Source of the DNA: Antedon mediterranea
Lineage: Eukaryota > Animalia > Echinodermata
DNA: 64,000 nt
Direction: 5' to 3'
Assembly (NCBI RefSeq): GCF_964355755.1
Contig: NC_092679.1
Coordinates: forward strand, 13,375,432-13,439,431
Position numbers and translations under genes: made by a program. The stretch's first letter is position 1. Every line of letters starts with the position of its first letter. Shown here piece by piece: positions 30,801-41,162 of the stretch. The notes under the pieces were generated by a model. It had not been told where the DNA came from and did not search any database. It saw only the letters and a list, made by a program, of their open reading frames with translations.

Positions 30801-33800
30801 TTATTTAGTATGTGCTGCATGTGTTATTTGTATCCATCCTCACAATAGATGTTTTATAATGTTTGCACATTCAAGTTTTAAAAAATTTTAAAAATGTTGT
30901 GCAAGGAGAGTACACAGTCTATACTTGGTATTCCCCTTTCAATTAGTGACTGTTTTTAGTCGCATGCAAAGGCGACTCTACAGCTCACTATGTCGATCGG
31001 TTGGTCGGTAAACACTAACTCAAATTTGAGCACGCGACTGTAGCAATATGGCCTATTTTTAGATAATTGTCGATATTTTAGTGAGTTGAAAATGTTGCGG
31101 TAAGGTTCCCAATCGCAAAAAAAAAATTAAACCACTGTAAAAATGTTGATACACTTTTTTGTAGTTAAAATATTTTGGTTTTTAATTTATTATTTGCTAC
31201 ATTGCTATACAGTAGTAATACAATATATAAATAGCATCATTCAAATTACAATCAGCACAGAGCGGAAACAAAAATTATAATTATCAATGATACAGCATCT
31301 CATCTCATCAAGGCAAGGCTTCTGAGCTGCTTTGATCTTAGGATTGGCTGCGACACATTCATACTAGGTATGGTTACATTACTAAGTACATTATTCTCCA
31401 GTTTATGTTTAGGGGTGTGGAACTGATCGTGTCACAACCAAACATAAAACCTTTGATCTACTAGAGCTTAGCATCCTGTTGATAGATTTGCTTTGATCTG
31501 ATACAGTACTATGATACAAAATGAACGATACAATTTTAAGATCTTAATAATATTTAATCCTAAAAAAGTTCAAAACTTGTATGATGATATGATCATTAAA
31601 TCCATGAAACTCACATTTTGGTACTCTTGAAACAGGTAGGAAAGAGACCGTGGAATAATACCCCTGTCGGCATACTTTTCAGCTCCTCCAGTTATTGTGA
31701 ATGTCTTACCACTCCCTGTCTGTAATAAACATAATATGCTATTAAAGAGCCAGAAAATAAGGGTTCACTTGGCTCCTTAAATCAAAAGCTAGAAAACTGA
31801 TATTTCCTTTTTTTTTCATACGCATCCGACAGCGAGTAACTCTTATTATAAACTTACTTATAAACGAAGTATCTTATGAGACTTATAGGGAGTGGAGTAG
31901 AAAGTTATTGTTATTATTATATTATTATTATTGAGTTATACTTTTGATTTTTACAATATTGAAAATGACACTAACCTGCCCATATGCAAATATAGTCCCA
32001 TTATAGCCCTGAAGTGCACTGTAAAATAAATATAACACTTGTTTATTAATTCTGATCTCTAATTGATTTTTTACCTATTTTTTACCAAATAAAGCATCTA
32101 AAACAATTTAAAACTTCTGTTACTGTAAGTGTTAGTTACAGGATAACAAACAGCTTTAATTGAAGTATTTATTGAATAGACCTCAAGAGTACTGTCTGCA
32201 TTACAGATTTATAATACACTGTGGTGTCATTCAGCTTGCCGCAACATAATTCTGTAGAATTTACTACAATAAACTACCGCTGACGCCGCTGTATAAAACT
32301 TCTATACCATATGATCCTAAGTGACCCATTCCAGCTGCCAGCATTGTAGGTATTAATGGGTTCGTGCATGCATTTTATAATTTAGACTGCATAGCCACTA
32401 CACACCCTCCCTACTTTGTCTGGATGCATTATCCGAATATCCGGTATTAGCCGAATACGGCTTTACCACGTTGAAACACCGGTTCTCGTCAGATCACCGA
32501 AGTTAAGCAACGTTGGGCCTGGTTAGAGCTTGGATGGGAGACCATCTGGGAATAGCGGGTGCTGTATACGGAGCTGGGGTCCCGTTAGGCATTTGAAATC
32601 AGCACTGCTGACTCTTATGGCAGCCCCTGCATCTAGTATCTGCCTCAGACCTCTGGTCAAGGTGGGCACTGGACGAGAGAAGCCCTTGATCAATGTCAGG
32701 ACCAATCAAGGTGCTTTAAACTCTCCTGGCTTTGTTTGTATCAAACCTGTTAGTGGCGGTAATTATCGCTGTTGGTTTCGATTGAATAAAATAAAATAAA
32801 TTAAAATAAAATAAAATTATAACCAGGACTATTATACAGCAAACGATATAAGTTGTGTTATTAGTGATGAGAATCAGTGTTTCAACTTGGTATTGCTATA
32901 CTAAATTAAAAGAACTGACTGATAATAGTATCTTACTTGTCTAATACACCTTTGGCAACCTGATTGAAGATTTCCTCTTGTTTGGCATGTTTATCAAATA
33001 AAGCCTCAAACGCAAATTTGTACTCTTGTTTTTTGTTGTTAATGAACCCTGCCGCAAGTTCTCGTGGAACAACAAAGCTAAGTTGACTGTAGCTGTCTTC
33101 ATCATCTTCAATATCATACAACTGTAATAAATCAAATATTAGTTGAATTGAAATGTCAGTTATTTAAAACGTATTGCGTTATGTATACTGTATGACTCTA
33201 TGGAGTAAATTCAAAACTCATTTCCTGGTGAAATTTGTTCTCTTTTTGTTTTGTATGTGGTTTTTATGGATGTACAATGCGAAATAAGGGAAATGAATTA
33301 TTATTATTATTATTATTTATTGCCAAAAACAGGTTACAAACAAACAAAAACACAGAAACTAAGGGAGTAGGCAGGAACCTAAAAGTGAACCTAATCACTA
33401 TAACAAGAGTTCAGGTTCCGTACTCCCAAAGTAACAACAATGATATAAAATAAACTATATAAAAATATTTAAATAACAAATAGACGAATCAACAGTGTCA
33501 ATATAAAATAAACGGATTAATTAATTAATTAATGAATTCAGATTATAAATTAGAAACCCCCTCCTTTGAGACAACTCTATTCGGGGTTTGTCACTGCTAC
33601 AGGTCATAGAATTAGTGGCTTAGGCAATTGGTCTAGTATCTTGAGTATATTAAGGCCACAATCTTTCTCCAGTATGCAGATTTTAGGATAGTATTAAGCC
33701 TGGTTTCCATAAAATTGCTACACGACAGATTCTATGGAAACGCTAGAATTTATCGGGGATCTAGTACGCGAGCACTAACTATTCTTTGGTACGCGTATAC

Positions 33801-36800
33801 GATTCATCGCTGACAAAATCGGCAAAGTTGAACATGGTTGAACTTTGCCGATTTGAATGCGATGAATCGGGGAGCCTTCCCGATTGCGTCGGCGACATCT
33901 GCGCGTGTAGCGATTTTAATGGAAACGCTGTAGCGATTTTAATGGAAACCAGGCTTTACCTAAAGAGTTTATGATCGAGTATGTTTTGAAACTTCTTGCA
34001 GATAGTTGCTGACATGCACGGTGCTAGATATTTAAAGTTAAATTTAAAGAACTGTTGATTGTCAATATAGAATAACTGAATTAAACCCCCCTCTCTCCGG
34101 GTGCAAGTACAATCATGATTAAGGTATCAGAGACAACTATAGACCAATCCATTGCTATCATGGAACATCGACATTCTGTACATGACACTGTTTGCATAAC
34201 ATTTTTTAATGTCACCTACAAATTATACATATAAATCTGTTCCCAGTGTAGATAATAAAAAAATATAATATATTTCTAGAGCTTTGTTATCAATACTTTG
34301 ACATGATTTTGGCATGCATTGACAAGCATCACAAGTGTATTTTAAAATCATAGAAAAAAAACTATAGATAAAATCATACTACAATACACAGTACAGTACA
34401 CACAAGTGTGTAGGGTATTTTTAAGACAGCTGGACATATTACAATGAAACCATGTAGGACAATTACCCACTAGAACAACTACCCCTTGGTAGGTAACAGT
34501 CAAACCAATATTCCATATTTACTGGACTTGCATGCAGTAAACAATGTCATTAAACAGCATGACATAAGCTCTTACAGTAAAACAATTGTTTTGGAAGAGA
34601 AAAAGAATTAACAAAATCGGGCCAATTTTATCGATAGTAAGGGGCTGATAAAAAATGATTTTCGATGACTGGTGCAACTAGGTAAACTGTGTTCCTGGAT
34701 TCTATATGTCATCTTCAAGTCAAATGTAATTCATCATTAGAAAAAAAAAAATAATAATAAATGAAATTAAATGAAAAGATGTAGGTGTCCTGAGATTAGT
34801 TATTCCAGGTGTGGTTGTCCAGAGTGTGTTGTAGTAGTAGTTTTCCAAGGGGAATACCATAAATCTTCTACAGTAAATTGTAACCCTGGGTTATTATTCT
34901 TTGATTGTTTTTTAGAGTGGGTTACTATTAGAAGGGGGGGGGTTACTATTAGAGTAGTGGGTTACTTATACTATTACTATTCTTAAATTAGGCACCTGAA
35001 AATAGTAACTCCCCACCAACTTTTCCGGTCAGCAACTCATAGCAAAATAATAAAACAGTACGAATAAACAAATTTGGTTGAACTCTAACTTTATTTTATA
35101 AACTCAAAAACACTCAATCTTCCCCCAGTCCCGAGATCAACATGCGTTATCTCCTTATTTTCAAAATACGGCTGTATCATAAACGACCAATAATTTTGTC
35201 AATAGTTTTTGTGACTCTAATAGTAACCCACGGGTTACTATTAGAGTAGTGGGTTATTATTATAGATTGACTTATTTTATAAGGTGGGTTACTATTAGAA
35301 GGGGGGGGGGGGGTTACTATTAGAGTGTGGGTTACTATTAGAAGATTTATGGTATTCAATTCAATTTATTCCGGATTTTACAATACAAACAAATAAGTAC
35401 ATCACACATGCTAGACCTTGTGGACTCATCGCTTTCGATGAGATGTCCCAGCCAGCAGTGACTAACCTTTACAAATTTAATATAATTAAACTGGATAAGA
35501 CCAAACATTGGTTATTTCAAACTAATATAAGATCATGATAATACATAACTGAATAATATAAAATAAAGGATAAGCAACACTAACACTAAAGTTTTCTTTC
35601 GTAGATTACTTGTTTAAGTTTAACAGAAAAAGTTTTAACATCAAGTAGGTCTACGCATATGTCCTGGACATCTGGCAGGATTAAGTCCCAGATCCGAGGG
35701 AATCTAAATAAAAGTTGTCCTGGAGGCCGGGTAGTTGTCCTAGGGGTAGTTGTCTGGGTGGTACTGTAGTTGTCCTAAGGGGGTAGTTGTCCTAGAGGCC
35801 GGGTAGTTGTCCTATGAGGTAATTGTCCAGCTGGTAGTGTTGTCCTAAGCGGGTAGTTGTCCTAGAGGGTACTGTAGTTGTCCTAGGGGATAATTGTCCG
35901 GGTGGTAGCAGTCCCAGTGGGGCAATTGTCCGGGTGGTAGTTGTCCAGGTGGTAATTGTCCAGGGGGTAGTTGTTCGGATACGAAAATGTCCATTAGACT
36001 GAATATGAATGCATGCCTGCAGATTTTGAGACTAAAATTGACTTGCTGTACCTATTTGTGTTTTTTCATATAACCCTTGACCCTGACCTTTTTCAAAATG
36101 TGTAACAAGTAACAAAATGTATATTTCGAACAATTTAAGACCAAATTTAAGTGTTTACTTTATTTATTAAACTGAATATGAATGTATACTTTCAATTAAA
36201 TTCAATTTGATACCAAATAATAATATACCTCGCTGTCACCAGTGGTTGTCGAGATTCAAGGACCTATTGCTGTTCGGTCTTATAACCTTTTACCCTGACC
36301 TTTTGACCAGGTTTCAAAATGTGTAACCAAGCCAAAAATGATTGTCTGAGGACCCTAAACTAAATTAAAATTCTTTGGACCTCAAAGTGTATATGAAAGT
36401 TGATCTAGCTACAGTACTACTAGAGTAATACTTTTGTGACGTTCTTATGCACTTGTCAATTGTATGACCCACTATACGACCCCCGGGACAGGGGTTAATT
36501 GATGCGACGTACCTTCTAAGTTTTTTGACGCACCCCTGCGTCAGTAATTATTTGTAAATTTGTAAACGCACCCATGACGCACCTCTCCCGGGGTTGTATA
36601 GTGGGTCATACAATTGACAAGTGCATTAACACTCTTAAAATCTAAGATTACTGTAAACATAGAGATTATAGTCAACTATAATATCTCTATCTGTAATTTG
36701 TAAATGATTAAATAAAGATTCGATAGTGCGTATACGGTATTTGTTATTATTAAATTTATCGTCAGTTTTAAAATAATTACAAACCCCACACATTTAACTC

Positions 36801-37204
36801 ATTTGTATATTACTTTATTACATTCATTTAATTAGGCCTAGGCTAGGCCCTAGGCCTAGCTAGGCCTACCTAGCCTAGGCTAGTCATATCTTTTTTTGCC
36901 ATCAATTATAACACATTAACAGTACACTTTTATAAAAAGTTGTTGAAAAAATAATAAATGAAAAACAAAACTTAAATTGTCTAGGCCTAGCCTATGCCTA
37001 ATTAAATTAAATTATTTGAAAAGAATGTACCTACTACATCATGCCTCTCAGCAGTTAGCCTAGCCCTAGCTAGCCTAGGGAGGGCCTAGCCCAGTCAGAG
37101 TTAAAAATGCGTCTGTAGCAACGGAAATGTTTCATCAAACTTACCCCTATTTTGCCTTTTGTAGGCTTTATTCTGCAAAATATACGTATGCCTTGTTTCA
37201 CCAT
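18855..37204 (-). CDS. KIF6: Kinesin-like protein KIF6 (kinesin-9 family), ~872 aa, 19 coding exons
   Basis: Exons: 37145-37204 ([14 protein letters not shown]), 32937-33121, 31976-32018, 31615-31719, 30638-30747, 29969-30098, 28858-28976, 27938-28025, 27306-27449, 26873-26959, 25846-25949, 25283-25388, 25005-25149, 22923-23234, 22190-22345, 21711-21834, 21208-21343, 19529-19878, 18855-18969 (2619 nt, in frame). Motor motifs: P-loop YGQTGSGKT, switch I NQASTRSH, switch II LVDLAGSE, HIPYRNS. KIF6-type signatures: [28 protein letters not shown] and the C-terminal [17 protein letters not shown]. Confidence 0.93.
23266..24870. repeat. Intronic minisatellite: ~10 near-perfect 113-bp units grading into degenerate ~57-bp units
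   Basis: ccatacacttgtagaaccagcc recurs at 23281, 23394, 23507 and onward (period 113). From ~24420 the unit is ggagaatcagcagtggcatgcttc..gagaaccagcaccactgccatacactt. Confidence 0.95.
26195..26481. mobile_element. Harbinger-like MITE
   Basis: taataccccttt-cacatctgc ... gtaggtgtgaaaagggtatta inverted termini. Confidence 0.65.
28563..28815. repeat. 23-bp minisatellite (aattacccatagtgctgttgtta) x ~11
   Basis: Direct tandem copies in KIF6 intron 7, close to the donor at 28857. Confidence 0.93.
29779..29946. mobile_element. PIF/Harbinger-like MITE (TIR gccctgtctacactatcaaactt)
   Basis: Inverted ends gtctacactatcaaactt / aagtttgatagtgtagac with TAA/TTA-like flanks. Further copies at ~45107-45260 and ~46993-47762. 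Confidence 0.75.
32453..32568 (+). pseudogene. 5S rRNA-like sequence forming the head of a SINE (not a stand-alone 5S gene)
   Basis: gaatacggctttaccacgttgaaacaccggttctcgtcagatcaccgaagttaagcaacgttgggcctggttagagcttggatgggagaccatctgggaatagcgggtgctgta follows the metazoan 5S sequence, including box A (agttaagc) and box C (tggatggg), with several substitutions. There is no oligo-T terminator after it. Confidence 0.85.
32453..32818 (+). mobile_element. 5S-derived SINE (SINE3-like) in KIF6 intron 2
   Basis: 5S head, then a ~215-bp GC-richer body, then an (AATAA)n tail at 32785-32818. Confidence 0.75.
33696..33958. mobile_element. Harbinger-like MITE
   Basis: taagcctggtttccat ... atggaaaccaggcttta inverted termini. 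Confidence 0.7.
34855..35354. mobile_element. Tc1/mariner/pogo-type MITE with subterminal gggttactattag repeats
   Basis: TA-CCATAAATCTTCTA ... TAGAAGATTTATGG-TA terminal inverted repeat with TA flanks. Confidence 0.75.
35355..35712 (-). mobile_element. 5'-truncated L2/CR1-type LINE 3' end
   Basis: Minus strand reads [33 protein letters not shown] (RT C-terminal 'WN.LP...FK..LK' pattern), then a 3' hairpin (ctcatcgaaagcgatgag) and an (ATTGA)n tail. Confidence 0.6.
35705..35985. repeat. Degenerate ~16-19-bp tandem array (ggtagttgtcc), right arm of a repeat-TIR element whose inverted left arm is at ~34457-34486
   Basis: Many ggtagttgtcc / ggtaattgtcc copies. The reverse complement, ggacaattaccc / gaacaactacccc, is at 34457-34486. 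Confidence 0.7.
36446..36628. mobile_element. Palindromic MITE
   Basis: atgcacttgtcaattgtatgacccactatac..cccggga / cccggggttgtatagtgggtcatacaattgacaagtgcat, ~40-bp inverted arms. Confidence 0.8.
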
Positions 37205-37985
37205 AATTAATACTTTTGACCAATTAAAATAGCATCGACTACATTTAGAGTTAATTAGGGCCTTCTAGGCCTAGATTAAGATATCTCTCAATATACTAGC
37301 TTAAAACAAAAATAAACAATGGAGGCAGCCATTTTCCAATTTAAATACTGCCCTCAAGTTTTTTTTAAGACGATTTCTTGATCTTGACGTCACAATACGA
37401 CGTGAACAAGAGATTCTGCTTTGATTTCACGAAGAAACAATTCAATTAAAATATCGTTCAATAGATTATACTATCTATGCCAAGTGCAAATAATTATGTC
37501 ATCTAGATATTTGTCCTCCTGAGACGATTTTTTTTTTACATTTTTGTTGTTGAATTAATTTCCCATCTATTAGTCCGGTCAATGTAGCAAAAATAATGGG
37601 TAGGCCTATACCATGGAGTCTATACCTAGACAAAATTAGAATAGAATTTATTTGGTAAATATCTCTAAAGACCTATCATAACAACATACTAAAAATGAAG
37701 AGAAAATGTAGCTGAAGAAATTAGGTTAATGCCCATAAAACCAAAATTGCCGTTATATATATGTAGCTCTTCCCAAAATAATGACAATAATAACTTAAAC
37801 CCAGGTTCTCAATTTCAGCTACAAAAATCGATAAAACACAGAATTCCAATACAAAATGCTTTTATTAATTATAACACAACTGCTTACTTTTAAAACTCAA
37901 TACTAACTACACAGATCTGACTCATCTATCCAATTTCACAGTAAAACTTTCTTATTCCCCACCACAAAACCCACAAAATGGACCA

Positions 37986-37999
37986 GTTGTTATGGAAAC
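37986..37999. promoter_or_regulatory. Candidate RFX X-box upstream of KIF6
   Basis: GTTGTTATGGAAAC, ~780 bp upstream of the ATG. A second X-box-like GTCTGTAGCAAC is at 37111-37122 in intron 1. A YY1-like GCCATTTT (~37328) and a CRE TGACGTCA (~37385) lie near the probable TSS. KIF6 is a known cilia-associated kinesin. Confidence 0.45.
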
Positions 38000-38169
38000 C
38001 TAGATAAAGGAGGTACAGTCTTAATTAATTCAGAGATTGGGGAATGTGTAAAATCAAACTAAGGCATGATCATTGAGAATATACAAGCTACTAAGTAAAT
38101 ATGAACTTAAATACAATATAAAATAATAATACTGCTTTTAGAGCATCGCTACAGTTACACAAAAATTAA

Positions 38170-39385
38170 AATTCCACAAATCACACCTCGTTCAATTGTA
38201 GAGAGTTGAATTTTTTTCTAAATTGTTCAGAATATATATGTTTATTTTCCTTCTTATGGAACTTTTTGTCCAAAAATGACGGGAAATGCTGTATTTGACC
38301 TCTGACCTTATTTTAAAAATTATAGGTAATTTTCACAGGATTTACGTATCTCAAATTACTATAGGTAGAAACTTCCTTTTATTCTATATACTTTCACATT
38401 ATGTCAGATGAGGGGATGGAATTCAACAAATCACACCTTTTGGAACATATGAAAATTAGCTGATATATGTAAATTAATGGTTAAAATATAGGGTATAGGC
38501 CCTACCCATAGAACGCCAGCTGTAGTTGTAGAGAGCTAATTTTATTTTTCAAATTTTTCTTATGGAACATTTTGTCCAACAAATGACCGTAAGTGCCGTA
38601 TTTGACCTCTGACTTTATTTCCAATTAAGGATTAAGGTAAATTTCACCATAGTCAATAATTCCATTGACTATGCTTTCACACGGGATTTACGTGTCACCA
38701 TAACGGTCAGACATCATTTTAGTCTCTATACTTTCAATTAAAGTACTTCACAAAAATCACACTTTGGAAACATAAAATGCAACAAACACACACACGCGAT
38801 CGACCACACAACCTCCCGCCATTCTGGTGGAGCTATAGTTAGCTGAAATATGCAAATCACCTGAAATATGCAAATTAAGGGTGAAGTATAGGGGATTTCA
38901 TTACAGCGCCTGAATTCTTCATTATAGTTAGGCTGTTAATGTCCAAGACACGTATACATACAGGAAGATTGAGATGGCCAGTGTGTGCGGAGTAATCAGT
39001 TTTATTTTCAGACTAGGCCTAATGTTTTTGTATCTCCAAATAACGTTTAGCTTTGCGACAGCAATGGTTGGTTATGGTGCTCTTGCAATTATTTCTGTTT
39101 TTGAGCCTTCTTTTTTGATGGTCGAACAAAGATATAGGCCTATGAACTTATTCTCTGTCTTAGCTCATGCCCGGTGGTGACTTCCAACGCATCCCCCACT
39201 CAAGGTGGTAGTTTGAACTTGAACAATGTCAACTCAAAGGTGTCAACTTGAATAATCCAGAAGAATGGGGATATGTTCAAGCTAAGGATCATCATCTTGA
39301 ACCCTCCCAGCAGATTTACCATCAGCTCCAGATTCTCATCTAAAGGTGATTCAATGCGATTGCAAAACTGACTGCAATACAAGGA
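38170..39385 (+). mobile_element. Degraded Academ-like transposon remnant (subterminal repeats plus Cys-rich coding relic)
   Basis: Shares aaatcacacct / gtagagag / atatgcaaatta / tttgacctctgac units with the 48-51 kb foldback. 39250-39385 translates, with one frameshift, as NPEEWGY...LEP..DLPSAPDSHLKVIQCDCKTDCNTR. Confidence 0.5.
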
Positions 39386-39499
39386 ACTTTAAGACGTTAA
39401 TGTTGGTTAATAATCTATTGGCAAACTAGTTCATACAAGCTGGTCTGATTATAATGTTTCACTGAAGTGCATTTTTTTTCTACTAAATCAGGTTTAAGA

Positions 39500-39830
39500 A
39501 CTAAACACCATCTTAAAAGTATTGGTGTTGAGTTGCTTTCCGTTCATGAAAAGAAAAAAAAAATTATAAAAGTATGATACATATTTTTATAGTTAAAATT
39601 TCACAATCTAGACTCGAATTTAACTGTGACTGGTCGTTGTACCTGAAATATGAAAACACCATCTTAAAAGTATTGGTTTTGAGTTGCTTTCCGTTCATGA
39701 AAAGAAAAAAAAATTATAAAAGTATGATACATATTTGTATAGTTAAAATGTCACAATCTAGACTCGAATTTAACTGTGACTGGTTGTTGTACCAGAAATA
39801 TTAAAACATCATCTTGAAATTTTTAGTGAT
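39500..39830. repeat. ~151-bp tandem duplication (2 near-identical copies plus degenerate ones)
   Basis: aaacaccatcttaaaagtattgg at ~39503 and ~39654; a degenerate copy at ~39804. Confidence 0.85.
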
Positions 39831-40762
39831 GAGCAAGCATTTGTATATTATTTATAAAACGTTTAATTTAACTTTAAAAAATAGACTCTAAAATGGAATT
39901 TTCAAACATCAACTGTCAGTGGTACCTAAAATGTTGGAGACATAATCTTAATATTACCTTCTTTGTGATGAGTTGTGGTACTTCCCCAAACTGAAAGGAA
40001 AAAATAGAATTATAAAGTTATATAAAAAAAGTTTTTTGTATGTAAAACGCTTAGGCTAATCCAACTAGGTTAATTCAAATTTGAATTTATAAAAAAAAAT
40101 GTACTGTCTTTACCTAAAAGGTAAATAATTTCGACTTCTTGTTGATAAGTCGTAGTAAGCTCTCGCCAATTAATGAAAAGAAAGAAAGTAGGTCTAGGCC
40201 TAGGCCTAGGCCTGGACCTAGGCCTAGCCTAGTTTTAATCAATAATGCCTACTTTAAATAGTCATAATTATTTTTTGCCTAAAAATATGAAACTTTTAAT
40301 AAAAAACAACGAAAATGAATAGAGAAACAGTGTCCGTATAGTATTGCAATCATTTATAAAGCTAGTGTATTGCTAAGGACTAACACGCTTCATACGTAGG
40401 CTATTGTTCTTTTAAGTATTTTTGCTCTATTTAAATTATTATCTGAAATATGAGGAAATTTATTTTATTTATTCAATTTTATTGATACAATACAAATAAA
40501 AACACAAAACGAAATATAAAAGGCTTAAAGTGCTAAATACCTATAAATCGAATATCATGCCTGTTATTTTAAAACAGAAACGGAACTTTAGAAGTATTAG
40601 TAAAGCTGGCTTTCTTGATCTTACTCAGTGGCGGATCGCAGGACTATTTTAAGGGGTTTGGTTACCCAAGAGTCCAAGGCCGTAGATATCGAGAATGGTG
40701 GGGCCTTAGGAAAGCGAATTTTGTTAAATGACACCCTATATGACCGGAAATGCTCGCACGTA

Positions 40763-41162
40763 CAATACACTGGGACGATAGAGATCGACGATAAATAGAT
40801 AAATATGCATTTTTCTGATACATAAAACAAAGGAAATCTAAAATGTTTTCATCCTAGAACTATAGGATAACCTTCTATGCTGCCTTTGATGAAAATTATA
40901 TTTCACACGTCGTCCAATCAAAAGACGTCATGATCAGTAAGAGCAATAATATCGTGACAATACAACTATGTTATTGTTTTTATTGATCCTGACGTCATTT
41001 GATCGGATTTTTAGAAATATTATTTTTATCAATGGCAGCATAAATGATTATCCTATAGTTCTAAAACAAATAACTTTTACAATTTATTTTATTTTATGCA
41101 AGAAAAATGTGTATTTATCTATTTATCGTCGATCGTTATCGTCCCAGTGTAAATGGGCCTTA
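40763..41162. mobile_element. Palindromic MITE; related copy at ~55745-56080
   Basis: tacactgggacgata..atcgacgataaatagataaa / tttatctatttatcgtcgat..tatcgtcccagtgta, with internal inverted tagaactatagga and gacgtcatgatca. Confidence 0.7.

Noticed and set aside
37605-37625. Fifth P-like footprint cctatac|catggag|tctatac
   Set aside because: Only a 7-bp interior with no right TIR remnant, so it could be chance.
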